Assembly: GCA_001029735.1 (NCBI GenBank)
Contig: CP011213.1
Location: 396,613 to 460,612 of the forward strand
Direction: 5' to 3'
Source of the DNA: Berkelbacteria bacterium GW2011_GWE1_39_12
GTDB lineage: Bacteria > Patescibacteriota > UBA1384 > UBA12157
DNA length: 64,000 bases
Positions within the stretch are counted from its first letter, which is position 1. Every line of letters begins with the position of its first letter. Of this stretch, positions 38,698 through 47,835 are shown piece after piece. The notes beneath the pieces are model-generated. The model was not told where the DNA came from. It did not search any database and saw nothing but the letters and a program-made list of their open reading frames with translations. The translations under genes were made by a program, and so were the position numbers.

Positions 38698-39657
38698 TTA
38701 CATTGTGGTTGCATTTATTCTCATCAGTTCTTGAAATTCTTGAACTGTGAGATTGATCGGACGCGCAGGCTGCTGTTCCTGCTGGGTTGTGGCCTGCTGG
38801 TTAGGATCAACTGGGTCTCCGTTGGAGGAGCATACCATCTTGAATCCTTCGGCGTTATGGGAGCAATCCACTGTTACGTTCCGACCTGCAGTCGGACCGA
38901 ACTGCTTCATACAATCGAATGCTCGGCCAGCATTCTCGTCTCGGAGGCGGGCTGCTTCGATGGCTGCAGCATCAAGCCTATCGTTTCTGGCTCTTTCTGC
39001 GTCAGCGGCTGCTGTTTCGCGGGCAATTCTGTCAGCCCTCTCAATTTCGGCGGCTGCTGCATTTGCTTGTCTAACGCGTTCAGCCTCTGCAGCTACGGCG
39101 GCAGCGGCTCGATCTGCTTCGATGGCGACGTCGCGTCGAGCTCGCTCAGCTTCCGCTGCTGCACGCTCGGCGTCTCGTCGATCACGTCGACTCTCCGCGG
39201 CACGCCCACCCATTGCCACAAGGGCAACGAGGGCGACAATACCGAGTGCCCCGAGGAGACCGTATAGGGCATAGATACCCCAGATTGGGTCCACTGGTTT
39301 CTCCTTCTCCACCGTTTTCACAACGGTGACTGTTTTTGTCGCCGGCTTCTTCGCTGGCGCATGATAATACCGTTTGGTCTGTGCCGCTCTAACAGTTTTT
39401 GTCCTATAGACAATTTTTGTGGGACTGTTGACAGTCACAGATTGACTCTGAGACTGACTCATAACAGGAGCCCTCGGCGCTTCAACGGTTACCGGCTTTG
39501 TGTAAGTGTAGGCACTCTGTGCCTGTCCATCTACCACACAGCCGTCGTCATTGCTCGGTACTGTCCCGACATTGAACATTTCGCCGGCCAGTACGGGGCT
39601 AACCAGGAGAGAGGCCATTATAATGGCCAGAACTACCAGAGTAACTCGGAATTTCAT
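38698..39657 (-). CDS. secreted/membrane-anchored Ala-Arg-Glu-rich repeat protein encoded by high-GC DNA
   Basis: A 319-aa protein with a signal peptide, a TM helix (GIYALYGLLGALGIVALVALVAMGG) and ERARRD/AAAEAER repeats. GC is about 60% by eye, and two overlapping long antisense ORFs are typical of high-GC DNA. Confidence 0.45.
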   Translation of the reverse strand: MKFRVTLVVLAIIMASLLVSPVLAGEMFNVGTVPSNDDGCVVDGQAQSAYTYTKPVTVEAPRAPVMSQSQSQSVTVNSPTKIVYRTKTVRAAQTKRYYHAPAKKPATKTVTVVKTVEKEKPVDPIWGIYALYGLLGALGIVALVALVAMGGRAAESRRDRRDAERAAAEAERARRDVAIEADRAAAAVAAEAERVRQANAAAAEIERADRIARETAAADAERARNDRLDAAAIEAARLRDENAGRAFDCMKQFGPTAGRNVTVDCSHNAEGFKMVCSSNGDPVDPNQQATTQQEQQPARPINLTVQEFQELMRINATTM

Positions 39658-39805
39658 CAGATATCTCCTCCTTATTGATCACAAATACGTCACATTCGAT
39701 ATATAACCCTAAAAGGGATAATACGGTATTGACTCTTCAGTTGTTCAGGTTCAAATAAGGCATTTAACCTCATCCTATCTTGAAACATCCCAGTATACCA
39801 AAAAA

Positions 39806-39845
39806 TGACTCAAATGTCAAGTGTTTTGAGTCATTCTAAGTGAGC
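39806..39845 (-). terminator. rho-independent terminator
   Basis: Minus-strand hairpin aatgactcaaaacacttgacatttgagtcatt followed by TTTTT. Confidence 0.55.
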
Positions 39846-39852
39846 TATAGTA

Positions 39853-40959
39853 CTAAAGCATTCGTTGTCTGTTTTCGAGTTCAGTGCTTGCTTGTCTTAG
39901 ACGAGATCCTATTTGCCAAATTGGATGATCACTATCAACACTGTCCCTAGATAATTCATTAGTTGCGTTTCTTAATCGATTAATAAAATGCATCGCATCT
40001 TCCAAAATTGCGCCGACCATTTCCCAATTATGTTGTAATTGTTCGCTCGAGTCAGCTAATCTTTGTTGTGCTATGTTAGTTTCATCGTCTTCGATTGCCT
40101 TGTTAACTGATCGAAGCTTTCCAGCTTCATCAATAATATTTAATAAGCGATTATTTAGCTTGCCGATATATTCTTCGTTGAATCTTTGCAAAGGTCGATA
40201 CCATGGTTCGTTTGGTGAGATATCAGTCGAAATAGTCCGAAGACGAGCAGATATGTTTCGCAAATCCTCAGCCAATTCTCGATTTTTTACCATTTTTTCA
40301 GTTATTGTTTGCTGGTCTAATAAAACGTCTTTTGTTTCTTCAGGTTCTTCTTTTTCTTCTTGAATCGCTTCTTCGGTAGATGTTTCTGCCGCAACATCTT
40401 CTGGCATAATTAGTGTTTCGGCGACGGGTGGTTCTTCTGCCTCTGCCGGCTCTTCTGCGGCGGCAGGATTTGTTAATTCATCGGTTTGTGTAGATGATTC
40501 AATCTGCGGTTGATCCGCCGTACTAGACGGTGTCTCCGGTGTCAATTTTTCCTTATTTTGTCTTAAGGTAGTAATTATCGCTTGAACCTCTTTTCGCCAC
40601 AAACTATAACGATCTTTTACCTCTGCAATCTGTTTTTTTGCCCACGCTTCGTTGTCGTCCTGAAAATTTATTTCTTTACGGCGCTTATACTCCGCTCGAA
40701 TATCGTCAACATCTTGCCTTTCTTCGTCTCGATACTGCTCAATTAAGCCTCGCTGCTTATTGATTCTGTCATCTAGTAAGGCGGCTTTTGCGTTCATGTC
40801 TAATTCCGGATTTGCCAAATAAGCGTCAATTTTTCTTTGCGCTTCTTCACGAACATAATCTAATTCTTGCTCCTCAGTTTTAGGCTGCTGCTCCTCTTGG
40901 GCTGGCATTTTAGTTTCTTCGTTTCCACCTTCAACCGATTGTATTTCTTGCGTATCCAT
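39853..40959 (-). CDS. acidic coiled-coil protein (T4SS-cluster 2 member)
   Basis: A 368-aa E/Q-rich protein with predicted long helices and no enzymatic motifs. Confidence 0.35.
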   Translation of the reverse strand: MDTQEIQSVEGGNEETKMPAQEEQQPKTEEQELDYVREEAQRKIDAYLANPELDMNAKAALLDDRINKQRGLIEQYRDEERQDVDDIRAEYKRRKEINFQDDNEAWAKKQIAEVKDRYSLWRKEVQAIITTLRQNKEKLTPETPSSTADQPQIESSTQTDELTNPAAAEEPAEAEEPPVAETLIMPEDVAAETSTEEAIQEEKEEPEETKDVLLDQQTITEKMVKNRELAEDLRNISARLRTISTDISPNEPWYRPLQRFNEEYIGKLNNRLLNIIDEAGKLRSVNKAIEDDETNIAQQRLADSSEQLQHNWEMVGAILEDAMHFINRLRNATNELSRDSVDSDHPIWQIGSRLRQASTELENRQRML

Positions 40960-41787
40960 TTACAAATGAATTACTTCAACCAAATGAGTAGCAATTGCTG
41001 AAAGCAAATCCTCATCTGAATTAATTTGAGTATTTTTTTTCTTAATCTCCAATGTTATTTTCATTGCTCGTTCGGATTTAGTAATGATTTCTGTAATCAC
41101 ACCCAAATTCTTTTTTTCCTTAAACGTGTTTAACTGCATGGATGTTCGGCCGCATCTACCCATAAAAATAATTGCTTCATCCATAACTTTTGGATTCGGT
41201 TGTGTACCCTTTGATAGCAACGCTTCATATTCTTTCTGCATTTTAACCGAGATCTTTGCTTCTTCAGCCAATAAAGCGTTAATTTGATCAGGAATCAATT
41301 TTAAGAAAAATTTTACATCGTTTTCATAGTTAAACGCGTCGTACTCAGCTAAAACTGCCTTAAGTGACAACGTAGCATTGTATACCTTACCGGCACGACC
41401 ATGGTAATCCGCATAATCAAAATCTTTCGGTAATTTTGCTTCGGGTAAAACTGTTTGGATTTGTTTTAAGATAGGTTCTGGTTTTCCTGTCTGATCTTCG
41501 GCTATAAATTCAATTATTTTCTCATTTTGTTCTTTAGTAAGTTTTTTTGGAGCTGGCCCATTTTGGATTTCTTCGGGAATAAAATCATCAGCGATTAAGG
41601 AACCCAGAAGCATGACATCGCCATCGATTGCTCGATCAAAAACATCGTTGAAATAATCTTCTTTTTTATATTTTTTAATGATTTCATCGTACGGTAAATC
41701 AAGAAGCTCATTTAACAGCTCTTCGTTTCTTTTATTGTAATTCTTGTCGTAGTCCTGATCAGGTTGTAAATTGGTATGGTTGTTCAT
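40960..41787 (-). CDS. hypothetical protein (T4SS-cluster 2 member)
   Basis: A 275-aa ORF contiguous with the neighbouring genes (ATG/TAA junction). Confidence 0.35.
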   Translation of the reverse strand: MNNHTNLQPDQDYDKNYNKRNEELLNELLDLPYDEIIKKYKKEDYFNDVFDRAIDGDVMLLGSLIADDFIPEEIQNGPAPKKLTKEQNEKIIEFIAEDQTGKPEPILKQIQTVLPEAKLPKDFDYADYHGRAGKVYNATLSLKAVLAEYDAFNYENDVKFFLKLIPDQINALLAEEAKISVKMQKEYEALLSKGTQPNPKVMDEAIIFMGRCGRTSMQLNTFKEKKNLGVITEIITKSERAMKITLEIKKKNTQINSDEDLLSAIATHLVEVIHL

Positions 41788-44573
41788 TATTTATTCTCCG
41801 TCCATTCGTGCTCACCGACTGGGCGTTGGCGCCCTAATCTCGATCCGGCGCTATTTGAAAGTTGAAGCGCTGGATCTTCTTCGGCTTGTGTAAGATAACG
41901 GTCTACAAAATCTTTAGCTGCTGTTGAATCTGGGCCGGAACCTTTTACTTGAAGTTTTGTGAAGTCGATTCCTTCCAAAGCTTTTTCTTGATCAGGTCCT
42001 AAACCATTCCAGGCAGCTTTTTTATCTGGTTCAGACATAGCATCCCAGTTGACGCCTTGGGACTTCATATACTGCTTTGCTATTTCCATTTCTACGTATG
42101 GTTTATACTTATCACTCATTGAATCAATACTTTTTTTCGCCGCCGAGGATTTAAATTTGCCTCTTCCAGCCCCTGTCATAAGATCGTTAAATCCGTTAAT
42201 CGTTTCTAGACCAGCCGCATCACCATGTCTCGCCGATTTCATAACACTATGAATTGCTCCTAGCTGAACTATTGATGCTCTTGCCGCTGCTTCGGTACTT
42301 TTATGTGTATTACCGGTTAGCATATTATGCATATCTTGTTGATTTCCTCTGGCTTCGCCAGTCCCGTAGCTACCTTTTTTAACATCTTCAATCAATTGCT
42401 TTGGTGAGTTTGAAATTTCTTGTACATGAATTTCGTCTGCTATGTCAGGATTGATAATTTTTTGTCGTCGACCAGCCAAGTTGTTCGATAGATATCTTTT
42501 TTTATATTCAACATTATTTCCTAGATTCGATCTAACAAATGTCGCCCTTTCGACCATTTGATCAGCTTTAAATTTAGCCTCATCTCTTTCTGCCTGTGTT
42601 TTTGTCATATCGGCTGAATCTGCTCGGTGAATTCTTTCTTGCGCATCTAGTGAATTTGCCATATCGTCGCTATATGTGGCATGTGTTGTTTCAAATTCAG
42701 TTGCTTTAGCTTCGAAATGCTTGGCGGCCCTTTCCAGCCCTTCTCGTTTTCTTTGATCTCTCTCAGTAGTTGCTTTAAATCTTAACTGTTCTGCCGATTC
42801 TCTTGCTTCTGCATAATTGACCTTTTTGGTTGTCCCGGGTGCTAATTGTGTACCATCGAGATCGTATTCAGCATCAATGCCGACAGCATTAGGGCCGTCG
42901 TTGATTTCTTTAACAAAAGTCCTTAAATCGACATTTCTTCTTAAATCTCTTTCGGCCATAACCTGCGCATCTTGTCCGGCACGTTTTGCCAGTCGTTCCT
43001 TAAGCATTGTCAGCCGATTATCTTGTTCAAGATAACGGTTTTTTACATCCATGGCGGTAGTTGGTCTTCCGTCAGGATTGGCATTTCCGCTTAAGTCATA
43101 AATCTGATGAAGTTCGGCTGGTGTTAAATTATTAAATGCGCCTTCTCTAATCACTGCTTCAGTATTTCCTTTTGATTGTTCTAGTTGATTTTTAGCAAAT
43201 TCAACCTCTTTTTCTCTTAATTGTTGGGTGATAGCTTGGTGGCTATCGACTGGTCCTCGTGCTTCAATTTCAGCATTTGCTTCTTCTCTTTCAATACCGC
43301 CGGCAGCATTAATAGAATCAAGTTTTTCTCGGCCAATATCCGCTCTATGCTGTTGGATATACATGCCGATCTGAGTTTTAATAGTGGAATCTAATCTGCC
43401 CTTTGCGCGTTCTAGTGCTTTTTCGTTTTCGGCAAAATCTGCATGTCGTGTTCTTACCTCTCCTTCGCGATCAGTTAATTGAGTGTCTCGGCGATTTTTA
43501 TAATTGGCAATCAATCCTTCTTCGTTCTTTCTGCCACGATCCATCCAAGCACCAACCCTAGTATTTCCTAGTCCGACTCCCCATGCGCCCTTGGCAAGAT
43601 CTTTCTTTCTCTGAATGTTTTCGTCAATTGGCTTTCTTAAATAACCATCTTTTTTGGTACCAGTGACGTATTGCCCAAATTTACTCCAAGCGCCCATCAC
43701 ACCGCCGCCAAGTTTGAACGGGACAACAGCGGCCATATACAATACGCCACAAACAGCAAATTGGGCCGAAATACTGTAAGGGCCGCCGCTTATAGTTGCG
43801 CAGTTGCCCTGACCGATTTGGCCCGCTGCCCAGAGTAAAAACATTACAACCGGGCCCATAAATGTCCATTTTAAAAACCAGCTCCACCATTGTTTAAAAA
43901 CAGTTTGAGTTGGTGGAAAGGCATACATGATAAAGGCGACTGGAGCTACAGCGACACAAAGGAAAATAACAAATTTTCTAATCCAAAGTAAGAATGCCAA
44001 AATAAAAACAGCAATCATGGTGGCTACAAGAGTTAAAATAACGACAATTAAGCCGCCGGCGACTACGCCCTCTGGATTCGAAAGTAATAGGAAATATATT
44101 TGATTGCTACTCAATTGAAAACCCATGCCACAAAGCAGATTCTCAGTTAAACCCCTTGCATCTTGAGCAAAAGTGTTGGTCAAAACCTGAGCGGCGTCAA
44201 CAATCATTCTGCAAATCAGCAGGCTAAAGTTGGCCATAATAATGCCGATAATTAATAAAGGCAAAGATTTTTTAATGGCATATGTGTCGTACTGCAAGTG
44301 GGTGATGTTAACAGTGGCAACAAATATTAGCATTGCTATAACTACGACGTTAGCTAAAGAAAGTGCTATTCGCCAAATATTAAAAATCCATTGAGTGTCA
44401 GGGGAACCTGGGCTAGTTAAGTCTTCGTGCAAAGTTTGAGCGTGGCTTAAACCAAATGAAGGCGTTAAATGTTGGAAATGGCCAAACAAAAATAAGCCAA
44501 CAATAACAAAGAGGGCAGAAAGAAATCCGGCTAAAATAATTTTATCTTTTTTGGTCATCGTTTGTATTACCAT
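41787..44573 (-). CDS. VirB6/TrbL-like polytopic membrane protein with long hydrophilic C-terminal domain
   Basis: A 928-aa protein. The N-terminal ~330 aa have 6 or more TM helices in TrbL/VirB6-like spacing, followed by a ~600-aa charged coiled-coil tail. Confidence 0.5.
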   Translation of the reverse strand: MVIQTMTKKDKIILAGFLSALFVIVGLFLFGHFQHLTPSFGLSHAQTLHEDLTSPGSPDTQWIFNIWRIALSLANVVVIAMLIFVATVNITHLQYDTYAIKKSLPLLIIGIIMANFSLLICRMIVDAAQVLTNTFAQDARGLTENLLCGMGFQLSSNQIYFLLLSNPEGVVAGGLIVVILTLVATMIAVFILAFLLWIRKFVIFLCVAVAPVAFIMYAFPPTQTVFKQWWSWFLKWTFMGPVVMFLLWAAGQIGQGNCATISGGPYSISAQFAVCGVLYMAAVVPFKLGGGVMGAWSKFGQYVTGTKKDGYLRKPIDENIQRKKDLAKGAWGVGLGNTRVGAWMDRGRKNEEGLIANYKNRRDTQLTDREGEVRTRHADFAENEKALERAKGRLDSTIKTQIGMYIQQHRADIGREKLDSINAAGGIEREEANAEIEARGPVDSHQAITQQLREKEVEFAKNQLEQSKGNTEAVIREGAFNNLTPAELHQIYDLSGNANPDGRPTTAMDVKNRYLEQDNRLTMLKERLAKRAGQDAQVMAERDLRRNVDLRTFVKEINDGPNAVGIDAEYDLDGTQLAPGTTKKVNYAEARESAEQLRFKATTERDQRKREGLERAAKHFEAKATEFETTHATYSDDMANSLDAQERIHRADSADMTKTQAERDEAKFKADQMVERATFVRSNLGNNVEYKKRYLSNNLAGRRQKIINPDIADEIHVQEISNSPKQLIEDVKKGSYGTGEARGNQQDMHNMLTGNTHKSTEAAARASIVQLGAIHSVMKSARHGDAAGLETINGFNDLMTGAGRGKFKSSAAKKSIDSMSDKYKPYVEMEIAKQYMKSQGVNWDAMSEPDKKAAWNGLGPDQEKALEGIDFTKLQVKGSGPDSTAAKDFVDRYLTQAEEDPALQLSNSAGSRLGRQRPVGEHEWTENK

Positions 44574-44998
44574 TCATCGCCACTACTGTCACCGTCGGTC
44601 GTATCTGCTACTGGAGGAGTAGGTGTAGGGGTAGGTGTAGCTCTGGTTGGGTCTGAATCAGTTATTGGCATAGTGGGACATGCACGGCTAGGATCTCCTT
44701 CTTTACACAAACCAAGAGCAGGGTAAAGAACTTTACCGATTACCCAGCCAATCATTGTGGCTTCCCAGTCAATAATCGTACATTGCATGTTGCAAATGGC
44801 GTTCCTGATGTTGTCGTCAACTTTCCACCACCAAGTGCCTCCAGGGCATTTGTCTTTACAGATATCAGTTACCTCTCCTGCTTGGGCTTTGGCGATTTTA
44901 GGGGTTTGTAGAACAGTGCCAAAAAAAGTAACAAAAAAGAAAGAAAGTACCAAAATAAAGGAAGTGGCGGTTCTAACTTTTTTTGAGTGCATATTCAT
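44567..44998 (-). CDS. small Cys-rich exported/membrane protein with Pro-Thr-rich tail (possible pilin-like T4SS component)
   Basis: A 143-aa protein with a signal peptide, 6 Cys, one TM helix and a PTPTPTPP tail. First gene of cluster 2. Confidence 0.3.
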   Translation of the reverse strand: MNMHSKKVRTATSFILVLSFFFVTFFGTVLQTPKIAKAQAGEVTDICKDKCPGGTWWWKVDDNIRNAICNMQCTIIDWEATMIGWVIGKVLYPALGLCKEGDPSRACPTMPITDSDPTRATPTPTPTPPVADTTDGDSSGDEW

Positions 44999-45127
44999 TA
45001 AGAAGCCCTCCTTTAATTGGCTTTTCTTTATATTTCGGAATAATGAAATTCAGCGATTTGCAATAAGCAAATCTATATTTCGGATTACGGAAATCAGCTA
45101 AGTAAATTTATTGTATCATCAAACAAT

Positions 45128-47323
45128 TCATTTTGGCCAATGTGCGGTGATCAATTGTTCTTCGTTGACTAACCCATTTTCTTTCAAATTTTGCCAAATT
45201 TTCTCGGTCACAAAAGGCATGAATGGGTGAAGCAGTTTAAGAGTAGTCTTTAAAGTGTAAAGTAAAATGTATAAAGTATTTTCTTTCAACTCTGGCGTAT
45301 CAACTTGGTTTTTACTTGCTTCTATATAAATGTCTGCAAAATCGTGCCAAACAAAATCGTATAAGTCATGGGCGGCTTGGCCAAAGCGAAAGTTATCCAA
45401 ATTTTCATCTGTCGACTTAATCACTTCATTTAATCGAGATAATATCTGCTTATCTGCTTCGGTTTTTGGCGCTAACTTGTCATTGCGAGAAGCCGAAGGC
45501 GACGCGGCAATCCAGTCATTATTAGAGATTGCTTCGCTGTTGCTCGCAATGACCATGTTATCTATTTGCATCATGGTGAACCGGGCAATATTCCAAACTT
45601 TATTGGCAAATTTTTGAGCGGCTAAAATAGCTGCTTCATCAAATTTCAGATCTTGAGTCCCAGTATTGATGTACATTAGACCAAATCGGGTAGCATCTGC
45701 TCCATATTTGTCGATCAAAAGTAGAGGATCAACCCCTGTGCCGAGCGATTTACTCATACGCTTACCTTCTTTATTGAAGACGGTTGGATGAATATAGACT
45801 TGAGAAAATGGTTTTTCTTTCATTAGCTCTAATCCGGAGAAAATCATTCGAACAACCCAAAGCATATTAATATCTCGAGCGGTACTTAAAATGGTGGTAG
45901 GATAGAAATAGGAAAGATCGTTTAATTTGTCATCGCAAGATTGCTTCGCCTGTTGGCTCGCAATGACATCCTTTGAGGCGCCGCCCAGAGGGCTCTGCCC
46001 GGCGGGCCAACCCAGAGTGGCAAAAGGCCACAAGGCAGATGAAAACCAAGTATCCAAAACATCTGTCTCGCCTTCGATTGGAATAGTGTGCCCCCACCAA
46101 ATTTGTCGGGAAATGCACCAGTCACGAATATTATCCATCCAGTCGATATATACTTTTTTCCATCGATCAGGAGTAATTTTTATCTCATCATTTTTGATCG
46201 CTTCGAGGGCCGGCTTGATCAATTCCGACATTTTTAAGAACCATTGCTTTGATGGTTGAGGCTCGATCTCTCTGTTACAACGATAGCAAACACTTAAATT
46301 GTTGGTGATATCTTCTTCTTTTTCCAGTAAGTTTTCTTCTTTTAGCCATTCAACTATTTTTTCCCTTGCCTCTTTGGCTTTTAACCCTTCATATTGGCCG
46401 GCCTCTTTGGTCATTTTCCCATATTGATTGATAACTTTAACTATATCTAAGCCATTTTTTTCGGCCATTTCATAATCAACCAGTGAGTGGGCAGGAGTTA
46501 CTCCAACGGCGCCGGTACCAAAAGTCATGTCAACATTTCGGTCGCCGATAACTCTTATCTCTCGTTTTACACCAGCAAAGTTAACTGTGAAAGTTTTATC
46601 AATGTATTCTGCATATCTTTTGTCTTTTGGATTCACAGCTACACCAGTATCACCCAGTTTAGTTTCTGGTCTGGTAGTGGCAATCGAGATCGGAAAATCA
46701 TTATCATATTTAAAGTAATACAGCTTGGCGGGTTGTTCTATATATTCAACTTCAATATCGGAAAGGGAAGTTTGGCAGCGCACGCACCAGTTAATAACGC
46801 GTTCGCCTTGGTAGATCCAGCCTTTGTCGTAATAATGTTTAAAAGCGGTTTTAACGGCTTCGGTATAACCTTCGTCCATAGTGAAACGTTGTCTTGACCA
46901 GTCACACGAACAGCCCATTTTTTTAAGCTGATCGATAATAATATGGCCTTTTTCGTCAACCCATTGCCATATTTCTTTTTCAAATTCTTCCCGTCCAAGT
47001 TCTTGGCGGGTTTTACCTTCTTTGGCTAACTTTTTTTCCACCACGTTTTGAGTGGCAATACCAGCATGATCGGTCCCAGGAATCCAAAGGGTGGGAATTT
47101 GCTTCATTCGAGCACGACGGATTAAAATATCTTGAATCGTATTATTGAGCGCATGACCCATATGAAGAGAACCAGTCACATTTGGTGGTGGAATGCATAT
47201 AACAAAAGGGACGACAGAAACGTCAGAGGCAATAGGTTTAAAGGCACCAGACTTTTCCCATAACGAATATATATCCGCTTCGGTTTCTTTCGGATTGTAT
47301 GATTTGGCTAATTCTTCTTGCAT
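45128..47323 (-). CDS. valS: valine--tRNA ligase (short form) with two in-frame palindromic-element insertions
   Basis: HIGH-type motif PPNVTGSLHMGHA and KMSKS. 731 aa. Confidence 0.9.
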   Translation of the reverse strand: MQEELAKSYNPKETEADIYSLWEKSGAFKPIASDVSVVPFVICIPPPNVTGSLHMGHALNNTIQDILIRRARMKQIPTLWIPGTDHAGIATQNVVEKKLAKEGKTRQELGREEFEKEIWQWVDEKGHIIIDQLKKMGCSCDWSRQRFTMDEGYTEAVKTAFKHYYDKGWIYQGERVINWCVRCQTSLSDIEVEYIEQPAKLYYFKYDNDFPISIATTRPETKLGDTGVAVNPKDKRYAEYIDKTFTVNFAGVKREIRVIGDRNVDMTFGTGAVGVTPAHSLVDYEMAEKNGLDIVKVINQYGKMTKEAGQYEGLKAKEAREKIVEWLKEENLLEKEEDITNNLSVCYRCNREIEPQPSKQWFLKMSELIKPALEAIKNDEIKITPDRWKKVYIDWMDNIRDWCISRQIWWGHTIPIEGETDVLDTWFSSALWPFATLGWPAGQSPLGGASKDVIASQQAKQSCDDKLNDLSYFYPTTILSTARDINMLWVVRMIFSGLELMKEKPFSQVYIHPTVFNKEGKRMSKSLGTGVDPLLLIDKYGADATRFGLMYINTGTQDLKFDEAAILAAQKFANKVWNIARFTMMQIDNMVIASNSEAISNNDWIAASPSASRNDKLAPKTEADKQILSRLNEVIKSTDENLDNFRFGQAAHDLYDFVWHDFADIYIEASKNQVDTPELKENTLYILLYTLKTTLKLLHPFMPFVTEKIWQNLKENGLVNEEQLITAHWPK
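45479..45553 (+). repeat. palindromic element family A, full copy, inside valS in frame
   Basis: gtcattgcgagaagccgaaggcgacgcggcaatccagtcattattagagattgcttcgctgttgctcgcaatgac. It encodes VIASNSEAISNNDWIAASPSASRND. Confidence 0.75.
45929..45967 (+). repeat. palindromic element family A, short copy, inside valS in frame
   Basis: gtcatcgcaagattgcttcgcctgttggctcgcaatgac. It encodes VIASQQAKQSCDD. Confidence 0.7.
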
Positions 47324-47466
47324 AATTTTAACTTCACAATTTATCGCTTAAAATTTCCGCGCAAATCTCTGATTTGCTATAAGATTATTTTATCAGAACT
47401 CTAACTGCTTGACAATGTGACTTTTAACTTGGTAAAATTTGCTCGTCTGAGAAAGGGGGAAGTCTT

Positions 47467-47742
47467 GTGTGTAGAAAAATCGTTCGTAATGACTTCGAAT
47501 CTATCTTTGTCCGGTTATTGAAGGACGGCGATGCTGACATTATCATTTCCCAGCATTTCGATCGGCAAACAGATTTTTATTGGTGTCATATAACCTTTCG
47601 GTTGGAAAATGATGCTGAAGAAATCGAAAAGCAAACCAGTTGGAAAGTTTCAGAAAAACGCGGCGAATTTTCTTGCCTCTTTGCCGAACTAAGCGAAGAT
47701 GATATTCGCCGTAAGCTCAACGAGATTGGTTACAATTCATGA
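47467..47742 (+). CDS. hypothetical small protein
   Basis: A 91-aa ORF with promoter TTGACAatgtgacttttaacttggTAAAAT, RBS aaagggggaag and a terminator hairpin at 47750-47790. Confidence 0.3.
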   Translation: MCRKIVRNDFESIFVRLLKDGDADIIISQHFDRQTDFYWCHITFRLENDAEEIEKQTSWKVSEKRGEFSCLFAELSEDDIRRKLNEIGYNS

Positions 47743-47835
47743 AAGAACTATCGACTCCTCGGATTTCCTAGGAGTTTTTTATAAGGCAGATCTTGCCAGT
47801 AAGGCTAAAATCGAGCAAGACATAGTAAACAGAAA

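Noticed and set aside
38695-39274. Two long plus-strand ORFs (190 and 175 aa) overlapping the 38698..39657 gene
   Set aside because: Antisense open frames are expected in high-GC DNA. The minus-strand ORF has the signal peptide, TM helix and coherent repeat structure.
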